From contig NC_134034.1 of the NCBI RefSeq assembly GCF_964204645.1, forward strand, positions 11,978,962 to 12,042,961: a stretch of 64,000 bases of DNA. Direction: 5' to 3'. This DNA comes from Tubulanus polymorphus (lineage: Eukaryota; Animalia; Nemertea). Each line of letters starts with the position of its first letter. The stretch's first letter is position 1. Of this stretch, positions 13,575-24,400 are shown one piece after another. Under the pieces are notes generated by a model, which worked only from the letters and a program-made list of their open reading frames with translations, was not told the DNA's origin and did no database searches. The position numbers were made by a program, and so were the translations under genes.

Positions 13575-13709
13575 ATCTCTCCTCTTCCCTCTCCTCTCTC
13601 CCCTTTTCTCCTCGCCCCTCTCTCCTCTTCTCTCCTCGCCCCTTTCCTCTCCCTCCCTTCTCTCTGCCACCTCTCTCCTCCTCTCCTCCTCTCCTCCTCT
13701 CCCCTTCCC
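13575..13709 (+). repeat. Polypyrimidine (CT-rich) low-complexity tract
   Basis: About 135 nt almost entirely C/T, lying between the divergent MCT and GPCR genes. Confidence 0.9.
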
Positions 13710-14007
13710 GAGTGTATCGCATGTCAGAACATTGTTTACACGCTATATTCTGTATAATAAATGTGTACATTCCGGTTATAAATACACGCACGAGAGTGTT
13801 TGCTCTCCGAGATAAAGCGGGCACGGCCGATACAATAATGCGCGTGACGTCACAGTACGAGCCTTGGTCAACTCAATGGGTGGACTGAATTCATTGTAGG
13901 TTTCAATAGACAAGACGTGACTCTCTTGAAGAAGGTTTTTTATCTTTAAGTAGGGATATTGACCCTGTAATCTATCTAATTGTTAGATTTCGTTTGACAT
14001 GTTTTGA

Positions 14008-14095
14008 TCTGATTTGTTGGTGTCCCTTACAAACCTACCACACCAGTCAGGAGCGAAACAGGGGGTCGTAAATCGAAGTACAGATATAGTTGTGT
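14008..14095 (+). repeat. Dispersed repeat family (gtgtcccttacaaa...cacacc...ggagcgaaacagg), also at ~19275-19340, ~21020-21110 and ~24098-24190
   Basis: Four recognisably homologous copies in the same orientation. Class unknown. Confidence 0.65.
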
Positions 14096-16094
14096 GATCG
14101 GCGGTCGAGCGATAAGGTTACAGTGACGCCTGTAGCAGCTTGAATAGAATTGAGTCAAATGAGTCATTATACTCTCTAGTTTTTCATCAAAATTGTCGCT
14201 TTTCTTCCAATTCGATTCACTTTAGTTGACTTCAACTTGAATTCTTGCAACTTATGGCTGATTCCTTTGAAAATGAATTTAGAACATTTTAGAATGCCAT
14301 ACGTAATATCGTATACGTCATATCGGCCTTTTAGCTGTTGCGTTTTCTTGAGTAACGTTTGACGTCCACTGTGACACGCTATGACGTCATTGGTACGTAG
14401 CTCGTAAAGCTATGAACCTAGCTATGTTATATTACTGTATTTCAGAGAAATGATATTAAAATATCCATTATTTTAGCGACTATAAACATGAAAGAAAAAT
14501 ATGGCAAACAATTTCCTAGTGTTTACGATGTTAGTTTTCCGTGCGGGGTGTCACAGGGTTCCTCTCTGGTATTCAATACACGATTCAAACTCGAATGAAC
14601 CTTTTAAACACAAACATCTGAACACATGAAAATAAATTACACTTCGCAAAATGCGATTAATCTAATTGTGAATTTTTGCTTCAAGATATAAAACAATTAC
14701 GTTTTTCAATACGTCACTCAAACTTGAATGAACCTTTTAAATGCGAGAATTTAAACAAGGGGAAAAATTTGAAAGGAATGTTCATTTTCTGAACATTTTC
14801 AGTGATACGCAAACATGATAACCACGCAATAACCTTGGTAAAATAGGGGTGTACCCGATACCCCTTCTAAATCTGCCCTTGTCAAACATTTAAAAATTAC
14901 AATCCGTGCAATAATAATATAAGATGAAAACAATGATGTTCTTCAGATTGCAGTATCACATATAGATGACGTACACACGTTGGTATTCGACAGAGAAGAC
15001 CGTTGTGTGTAAATGTGTAGAGATTTAATTAACCTTATACAAGGTTGAGACTTGTCGTGGCCGTGTTGACAATGTTATCATAAAATCGGATAACTGGGGA
15101 GAGAAATTCCCGGTAATTTTACGACCCAGCCCATATACGATCGAATCAGAGATAGATAGAAAACCCGTCACCCGGCCAGATCGGAGAGTGCCGATAAAAA
15201 CCAATCCGGCTAGATTGTGTGTATAAAATAGCGACGCAGCGACACTGGTAGCAGTGATGGTGATAACACAACCGCGTTAGTATTAGTTCACTTTCATCTG
15301 GATGTTTTAAGATTTGATTCTGCAGCGAACGACTACTGTAGAAATCGAGTGTGATGTGCACGTAATTACATAGGACAAGCGACCAGCGTGTTCATTACTC
15401 AAATTACCGACCAAAAAGTAGGTATTCTATTCATTTAACTTGTTGACTCCGAAATTAGATTCCGAATTTGTTAATTTGAAAATGATTGTTTCTGCTACAA
15501 GTCTAGTGAATTCAGAGATTGCTCATATACAACTCGTAGTTGAAACGTACGTTTTTACAGGTTGCTGTAGAGGCCGCCATTTTGTTCTATTGTTGCACGA
15601 ATTTTTTTCTCCTTTTGAGAAAAAACAACATCTTTCTAGATATCTATTCTATCCGTTCTAACAGCGAAGATCTCTTAGTTTTTCGAGGATTTGTTAGAAA
15701 TTAATGTATCTTTGTTTGTGTGTAGCTGGTTTTGTATGTAGAGAGCTCCGTGGAATATTTAGCACATGTTCGCGGCCAAACGATGAAACGATGGCTAATA
15801 ACATTATTATCTAAAATAAACTTGATAGTTGTGTCGTCTGTCGCGACCTTGGTTGATGTCATGGGACAGATTATTTCAAATTATTTTCAACAGAGACGCA
15901 GTCTAACCCCCTATGACATCACGAAATACCTCAAGTTTCCGGGTAACCAGAGATTTAGGTGTGTGGATATGCTTCGCTGATGTCATGGGGGGGGGGTTGT
16001 GTGCCGAAGGATCAAGGTCAGTTGAGTGTTCGGTTCCTGGAAACGTAAAATGTCGTAATGTTTCATTTCGTTATTTTTTACAGCAACTTCCGTT

Positions 16095-17321
16095 ATGACG
16101 GGGAGACACCTATCGTTCGACTCGGAAATCACTCGTTCGGGGAATATCGTAAACGAGACCGACGAATCACGTGTTTCGAACTCGACAATGACGCACAGCA
16201 GTGGCGGTATCGATTTTTCCACCGGTTGGGTCGCTATCCTCCCGGCCGGTATACTAGGCCCGGTCGCTAAAGATATGACCACGTGGCAAATATGGGTCAT
16301 CGTCGCTGTAGTAACGATTTTATTTTTCGCCATTGTCGTCGGCAACAGTCTCGTGATTTTCGCTTTCGTTAAATTCCCGCGCCTGCGCACCGTGACGAAC
16401 CTGGTCGTACTGAGTCTAGCCGTCAGTGATCTGATTATGGGATTCTCGATGCCGTTCACGATATTTCTATCCGTGTTTCCGCACTCGAAACTATTTTCCA
16501 CCGTTTACCAGTGTTTGTTGCCGTTTTGCGTAATGGCCGCCGTCAGTTTCGCCTCGATCACGAACATGTACATCGTCACCGTCGATCGATACTGGGCGAT
16601 ATGTTACCCGTTCAGATATACGGCCGTTATGACGAAACGGCGAGCCACGGCGGCCATCTCCGGCGCCTGGTGTTTTTCGTTTTCGTTCGGTTTCGCGATG
16701 CCGATGCTCTGGAATAAAGGACCGTTTGACGAGGGCGAGGAGTGCACGTTCAGGAACGCTATGTCGGACGAATGCGCTATTGTAGTAGTGGTAGTCGCCG
16801 CATCGTTGGTCGTACTGATGGTAGCGCATTACACCCGTATCGGATGCATCGCTTCCGAGCAGATGCGCCGCATCGCGGCCACGCGGGTTAACGCCGTCGG
16901 TGAACACCAGGCGGCGCATTCGTCACGGCGTATGATAAAAGACCGCAAGGCGGCGTGCTCGATAGCTATTATTATCGGAGCGTTTATCATTCTATGGATG
17001 CCGATGATGATTTTCCTACTGGTAGAAACAGCGCCTGCTAAAGATTTAAACATTCCCGATTTGAAATTCACTCGTCTGCTCCTCGGCTGTGTGGCCATTT
17101 CGAATTCGTGCGCGAATCCGATAATCTACGCACTGCGCATGTCCGAGTTTCGTTCGGCGTTCGGTCGTCTGGTGAAGGTGAACTGTTGTTGCAGACGAAA
17201 AGCGATGCTCGATTTTGAGCAGTCGAGTAGTTCCGGTTCCGGCGAAGCGAATCGGGCTCCGAGTGGTCATTGCGCTACAGTAACAGAACACGTGAACCCT
17301 GCCTTCCAACCCGAGTCGTGA
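16095..17321 (+). CDS. Class A (rhodopsin-like) orphan GPCR, 408 aa, single coding exon; adenosine/GPR119-like overall
   Basis: Seven hydrophobic segments with GN (TM1), LAVSD (TM2), C3.25 and DRY (TM3), W4.50, FxxxWxP (TM6), NSCANPIIY (TM7) and helix 8 EFR followed by CCC. A splice acceptor (tttttttacag) lies just upstream of the ATG, implying a 5'UTR exon further upstream. Confidence 0.93.
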   Translation: MTGRHLSFDSEITRSGNIVNETDESRVSNSTMTHSSGGIDFSTGWVAILPAGILGPVAKDMTTWQIWVIVAVVTILFFAIVVGNSLVIFAFVKFPRLRTVTNLVVLSLAVSDLIMGFSMPFTIFLSVFPHSKLFSTVYQCLLPFCVMAAVSFASITNMYIVTVDRYWAICYPFRYTAVMTKRRATAAISGAWCFSFSFGFAMPMLWNKGPFDEGEECTFRNAMSDECAIVVVVVAASLVVLMVAHYTRIGCIASEQMRRIAATRVNAVGEHQAAHSSRRMIKDRKAACSIAIIIGAFIILWMPMMIFLLVETAPAKDLNIPDLKFTRLLLGCVAISNSCANPIIYALRMSEFRSAFGRLVKVNCCCRRKAMLDFEQSSSSGSGEANRAPSGHCATVTEHVNPAFQPES

Positions 17322-17396
17322 ACCCTGCCTTCCAACTGGAATCGTGAACCCTGCCTTCCAACCCGAGTTGTGAACCCTGATCTCCAACTGGAGTCG
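17291..17396 (+). repeat. 26-bp tandem repeat (4 copies) spanning the GPCR stop codon
   Basis: cgtgaaccctgccttccaac(ccgagt/tggaat) x4. The first copy is coding. Confidence 0.9.
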
Positions 17397-18486
17397 TAAT
17401 TCAAAGTGCATGGCAGATCTATTGCGGTGTGGTTTTGTGTTCCGGACCCATGTCTTCTCATCGCTGTTGTCAACCCTTTGTCAAGACAGAGCTTGGTAAA
17501 ACCCGCAAAATTTGACACCCATTCTCTCGTAAATTGTAACCTTCCAGGTGTATTTCTTCACAGAAGCTATACGAACCATCGAGTGTACATATAATGAAAC
17601 TCAATAAATATAACCATTAAAGTCCCTAAAACATAAAATGTAAATTGAACACAAAATAATTTCTAAAACAACTGACAAATTGTATTCATTTTCTTATTAA
17701 CTTATCCATTATCTCAGATTATAGTGCAATATATATATTGTTGATATTATATATGAAAAATAAATTGAAACTCTCTTTTTATTGTTGTCTGAGGATTACG
17801 CCAGATGGCGCACGCGTAGACTGTTAACTGACGTTTGTCGCAAGAAGAGACGGCCGAAATTTAAGCGCATTCGTCGCACACGCATCGCGAACCAGCGTCC
17901 GTTTTTCCATTGAAAAAAAAATCCCCACAAAATTTTTTTCAGATAATAGCCTTCGACCAACGGACTGTTTGAAGAGGTGCTTGAAAAAAAAATTCACTTC
18001 ATTTCCGCGGCGTTCAACGGATCATAATGGTTACAGAATTTGAAAATAAGACGACGCAACGAGTACTTGAAATAGATGTCCCCCGTTTCCGACTGAAGGA
18101 CGCATTGAAGTCTATTGTGTACTAGGGACGTGTAGGTATTGTTCGACTGTTTGATGAGGTATATATACACCTATTGTTCCGTTCAATAAATACACTACTT
18201 ATCTTTATCAATGAAACTTTTTGTTTCGAAGGATACTTCTTAAAAAAAAAACGATGACCATTATTATTCTAAGATAATGTTTGTTCGCGTTCGACTACTC
18301 GAGCACGCTGGCCACTTTTTGCCGCGTTAGTAGTATCTCTTAAAGCGCAGGTCCTTTTTCTTTCGTTCACAGATCGGAGACTAGTTCAGCGGGGTTTTTT
18401 TTCGATGATATCAGTGCAAATAAACCGTGACGCGTGTTTGTAACGAGTGTGCGGGTTTAGGGTGAAACCAAACGAAATAAGTAATT

Positions 18487-18662
18487 GAGAATCTCCCAGT
18501 TGAGAATCGGGTAACTCTCTGGAGCGCGTTCGCCGAGTTGAGAGTCAGTGACCTCGGTAGCGTGTTGGTACTGACTGCTCTAGATAGTTCACGTTAAGAA
18601 TCAGGGAACTCGGTAGCGTGTTGATGGGACTGCTCTAAATGTTGAGAATCAGTGAACTCGCG
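18487..18662 (+). repeat. Degenerate tandem repeat (ttgagaatcagtgaactcggtagcgtgttg core)
   Basis: Three to four diverged copies of about 45-57 bp. Confidence 0.6.
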
Positions 18663-21260
18663 TTTGAGACCTGCGATGAGGTCACTATCCCGTCCAGTGC
18701 GTGACCACACGCGGCAACCAATCTCACCACCAGTGCAGTATAGTAACCAGTCTCAGAAGATGACGGAATTTATGGCATCGGAATCCCGAATCTCTAATTA
18801 CTCATCGAAGCCGTTATAAAAATCTCCACGGAAACGAAACCGCTCAGACCACAGGGAAAGTGGACGAATTCTGGAAAATGTACCGACTTAACTGCAAAAC
18901 GCCAAAAGCAGGTTCGAATCCCGAGTCCACCGATCAATATACACGAAATAAGACCAGACGATCCAAGCTCACTTCGGCTCTATAAGTTAAGTCAAGACTT
19001 TAGAACTGGGTTTCGACTGTGTATTCATGCAATACATAACCTAAATTCATTCTTTCAACCATGGATCATCTTTAGTTCCACTGTCGTGGCTTAAAACCAT
19101 GCAATCTAAGACAAACTTGAAGACCTGATAAACCAATTTCAAGATTTAAAACCACTGTTGTGCCTTTTTAAAGTCACAATTATACGAATGAACCCCGACA
19201 TTGTTTGTTTGTTTGTTTTCTTTTTAAATCATGGATTGTCCCCATTTGGTTTGTAGCAATTTGTTTGATTAGTTTTGATTTGTGTCACTTACAAACCAGT
19301 CACACCTGCTTGGAGCGAAACAGGAGGTTTGATTTTGAAACCCGATCTTAAACTCTATGACCCCATTTATAGGAATATGTTTTCAATATAAAACGGACAA
19401 ATCTTCAGATTATAAACTACGATTATAAATGTATCGAGTGAGGAGCGCGTGATCCATTAGCTAACAGAGAGCGAGAGAGAGTAAGATCACTGGCGGGATG
19501 ATTTTATGCGATGTTGCTGATGTTGTAAGAGGTGATAAACAAGATGTAATCCATCCTTGCCGCATAGAAACGCGTTGTTGTTACCGATAAGATGTGTTTC
19601 GCCGCGGTTAAGAGCCCACTCTCCCGAGTTTAGCTAATTGATCTCGTCTATTACTTAAAACATTCAGACGACGTTGATTATTTATCGTCGCACGTTTAAA
19701 AGCCACGTCGGAATTATCTGAAGTTTTAGTAGACTCTCTCCGATAGAAAAGCCGTCGATTCCGCGGTCGGGCCCACCCTTACAAACTCGTGGGGTGGATC
19801 TATAGAGCATAATCGTTTAGATGGGCTTGTGACTATTCAGGGACACTTTTCACTGAAAAGGATACAATACGGCCGACATGTTTGCCTTTATTTTAAAAAA
19901 GTGGTTATCGATTAGCTGAAATACAAATGTAGAAAAACAAATGTACACTACTTAAATCCATTAAGAAAATAGCTAAAAAGGCTATTGAATTTCTTTGATT
20001 CATCTTTACGGGATAGATAGGGTCAGAATTTTTAGGGGTGCCAAATATTTTGACTTGTACATATCGCGCAAGTCCCCCAAGGATATATCCTTGCGCACAC
20101 CACATTCATATCATTGTTGCTTCAGTGTCCAAAGGTATTTAAAATCTTAGAATACAAAATACCAGTTTTGATACTACATTAGCTGTAAGATTATCCGGGG
20201 CCGGTTGTATAGATATTACATAGGTAAGTAAAAAATTAATCTTAAATCTTAAGACTGGTCTTCTTATTAGATTTGTTATAGAACTAAATAATTTCTTAGA
20301 CTGGTTTTAAGATAAAACCCTGACCATGGAACCGCCCACAGGACAAAAAGAGCAATTCTCAAATTGATTTGTTAAAAGGTGAATGTGAAGAATCTATATC
20401 AATCGAAGTGGAAAGACCTTCTTGGGAAACTGGGCTCGAAAGTGCCAGTAGAGATGCGAGAAGAGTCGAGTTAAACTTTTGACGAGGGGCGCGATCAAAC
20501 AGTCAGCTGAGAAGAGTCCGTTCGGAGAATAAGAAGAAGAAATCAAAGTAACATAGTGGCAGATGGTTACAATAGTCTCCTCGTATCGTCTGTCAATATA
20601 GCTCGCACTGACCTCATTAACATAACAATAACAAAGTGCGCGCGCGTTCCGGCGCGTGTGTGCGTGCCGCATTGGGGGGAATAAAACCGAACCGATCGTG
20701 ACATATGGAGCTAATGTGAGATCTGAAGCCGGACTGATCGCTCGATCACTCTTCACTCCCGTAGATCAGAGGATCTTTAAATCTTCGACTTGAGATTGTT
20801 TTCGTTTGATCGCGTTGTCTCAAATCGACGACTGAAATTCGACACGGATTTATATTCGCCGCGGTTTTTGTTTTGGTAAGTTAACTTTTTTCAAGTTTTT
20901 AACCATGTTCAATTTTTACCGCGGATTCTGAAATTTCTTTAAAAATCCGCGTATCTTGACATACTAGGGAACTTTCCTTCTAACTAATCGTATTGATTTT
21001 ATTGATTGAGTAATTATGATTTGGTGTCAATTCTTTGCGGTTTACCTATCAAATCCCGTCGGGAACGAAACAGGGGGTTAGATTTTGAAATTGGAAATCG
21101 AGGTTCGGATATATATAGGTGGATGGTCCGAATTTACACAATTTCTTTCAACATTTACTGAGGCAACTATATTTTTGATATCTCGTATACTTCTTACAAA
21201 CGGTTACAATAAGGCAGTTTCAATCGCTGAGATCATTAGAGAAATCCACAATATCAATTA

Positions 21261-21403
21261 ACCCCTGTGAAGCTGGCTCCCGGTTCCCGGTTCCTTATTC
21301 GGCTCCCGGTTCAAAAGCATTTTTTTTCGGCTTCCGATTCAAAATGTTTTTGAATCGGGAGCCGAATAAGGAACCGGGAACCGGTAGCCAGCTTCACATG
21401 GGT
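21261..21403. mobile_element. Foldback MITE with ~60-bp arms and a 9-bp target-site duplication (Mutator-like)
   Basis: Arms acccctgtgaagctggctcccggttcccggttccttattcggctccc / gggagccgaataaggaaccgggaaccggtagccagcttcacatgggt, flanked by tatcaatta at 21252-21260 and 21404-21412. Confidence 0.8.
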
Positions 21404-24400
21404 TATCAATTAACCTTTCGCCTGGACTCTGGTTTCGGGTGGAATCCATTCCACCCATCTTCAAAGCTGATTTTGTCGTATCCATCATCTGTTTATATGC
21501 AGACGACGGGACAAAATCCAGAAAAGGATTCCACCTGAAACGTGAGGAAAAAATAGTAAAAGTTGTTTAACCCAATATTGAGGGTTTCTCGCAACGATAT
21601 TCATCAAGACTGGAAATATAATCTCGACTGTTTACAAGCGTTCTGAGATCCTTGGAATTACCGTCAAACCAGAAATCACAAAATAATTAAACTTCACGTA
21701 TTTAGAACCAGCAGACGAATTTGTTTACGGAACTGATTCTATTTAAAGCGAGTATCGAATCGAATTAACTGCTTGTGCAGAACAGGCTTTATAATAGAAT
21801 TCAGTAAATAATAGCTGCTGCAGAATTAGGCAACTCTTTGATCATTTTTAACAGTTGTAGATAGGCGGTAGGAGGAGGGAACAGCCCGGCCCTCCTGATT
21901 ATCAAGCTATATTCAAACGGATGAAAATGAACCTTGCTCGATTAAAAATTGTTACGAACGATTGCCGCATTGAGACTCATTCCTGTACAGCGGTGTTCGG
22001 CGCCGTGCGCAGCGCACGTGCGCGTCACACGAACGCGCACGCGTCCCGCACACATTTACGTGTGCTAACAAACCGGTGAGTGTCATTGACCCACTCAGCG
22101 ACGAAAATATCGTAAAACGGACGGGACGAAAATCAACAGATTTGAAATCTATTCTTAGGAAAACTATCATATTCGCCGTAGAAATCTCATTGTCTTTTTT
22201 TTTCTTGAAAATTGTAGAATAGCCGCGCTCAGACGCGGAGAACAGGACCCAGTTCCACAGAGTTAACTCTGAGTTAAAGTTAGCTCATTTCAATGAGTTA
22301 ACTCAGAGTTAAATCTTAACTCGGAACTTTGGAACTGGACTCTGATGATAAGTTGAAATCTCACTAACTCCACGTGCACCTGACGATCGACTGGCGATCG
22401 ATAGCGAGAGTTCGAAACAGTGTCGTTTTAATACAATTCGTTTTTTAATCTTCTGAATTCTGTACATAGTGGGTTTAACACTTTAATACTTGTGAAAGTT
22501 ATCTAATATTTCCTCTCAATCTTGACCATCTTTCTTTTGTTTTCCAATCCGACCTCCGGTTGTAGATCAGAAAAACCGCGGCGTCAAACAAGGGTACATT
22601 ATTGAACCCCTGCGTTTGCGTCGTACGTAGGCAATAAAATACGATAAAATCGAATTCACTGCACATTTTTCATAAATTTTTCATGAACCAAAGCACCGAA
22701 ATGAAGTGAACAGCAGAACTATCAATTTTAATAGCAAAATTTTATTTCCTTTGATTTACAAAGTCTATAGTCCGATATATCACTGGGGTCTTTGTCTCGG
22801 TGCTCAGAAGCGCGTATCAATTTAACTAATTAGCTGCCGGATTAATTGATAAAAACTGATTAATAATTGATATTTCTATCAACTCGATACGGATAGAGAG
22901 CTCGGAGTGTTATTATTTATTCAGTAGTCAAGAGAGCGCTCGGCGTTATAAAACCGTACATCACGTTACGTCACAATATACAACGAGCACAATGACGTCA
23001 TTACAACAATGGCCCACACACACGCGTATTGATAATCAGTTCGTTTGTAACGCATGTCGCCCCATCCTGTGTTCGGGGGGGGGGGATGACTGGAGCTTTG
23101 ATGTTTTAGAAAATTATCCTCTCTGAAGTGTTTAGATTCATGTTTTGACCACACGTCCACCAAACACAAACACGTGCACCCTTCAAATAGACAACTTTCC
23201 TCGGGTATATTCATCTCATGTTCGTGAGACAATTTTCGACTTATAACCCTGGAAACTCACTTGGCCCAATGAGAGCACCCATGCGAGCGACCAGTATAAG
23301 CCATTTTAATTCAAGCTTCAACAACCTTTTAAACCATTGGATCATCTGCAAATAGTTCATTGTTTATTCATATTCAATTGGAAATGTCTCAGGTGAAGTT
23401 CTGAACACAATATGTGAAGAGTGTACGATCAGTTTTTAAAAGTTTAAAAATGATGAAAATGTCTAAGGTCTGGTGTTTGTAGTTCATTTTCAATCAAAAA
23501 TATCCCAGGTGAAGTTCTGAACACATAACAATTAGTTTTTGAAAATGTGCCGATGAAATGTCTAATGTCTGCGTTCATTTCTCGCCTACTATCAGATTCA
23601 ATTCATGCCTGACTTCACGCTTACGATTATTACAAGGCAGGAAGGGAAAAAACTGCCAAAATTCGACTTTAATTCTTTCCTAATTATATGAATAATGTAA
23701 ACTTTCCGCTTCTACGAGAATCAATGCTTTACATATATACACGCTGTCTATTCTACAGAGTTCGGGGGCGTTCTTTTATAGACGCTCGCGCTCCGGGGAT
23801 GAATTGAACCAGGTGCAAAAATCCATTTGAAAAAAAGACTCAATCGGATTTGATTTCGACGCGTACAATAGATTCCAAGCGAGAGAGATGAGATAGAGAG
23901 ATCTTAGTTTCATTGAGCCTTAATAACGTATCGAACGAGTACGCGTCCTTCGCAGTGGAAATGTTCACTTTACACCCAGATTGTACCGTATAGGCTCTGA
24001 AAGGCTGCTGTAGGCGGCTCGTGGAGCCCTTTTGATCTTAAAATGTAGGAATTTACCCTCTTATTTATTTGATCGGTAGATTAGATTTCATTTCTTTTAG
24101 TGTCCCTTACAAATGCATCACACCTGCCGAGGAGCGGAACAGAGCCCGGATTTGATTTTGAAATCGGAAAACTAAGTACTGATACATACGAATAAAGATA
24201 CATATAGTTGTAGCCTTTTAGTCAATGGGTGAAACAATTACGACATTTCTTGTCAAGCTGAATAACAAGGGAGTTAAGTTGATTTTATTCAAGATTTACA
24301 TCAATTTCGTTCGTTGTAGACACAAAGCTTTCTTGATATAGAATTGACATTTTATTAGTTTGAACATTTAATTTCGAAGAGGTATCGATCAAAATAGATG

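Noticed and set aside
13311-13888. ORFs of 83-148 aa
   Set aside because: Produced by the stop-free CT-rich tract.
15983-17518. Antisense and alternative-frame ORFs over the GPCR, MCT, EAF and NeuroD exons
   Set aside because: Shadow ORFs of CpG-rich coding sequence with no recognisable motifs.
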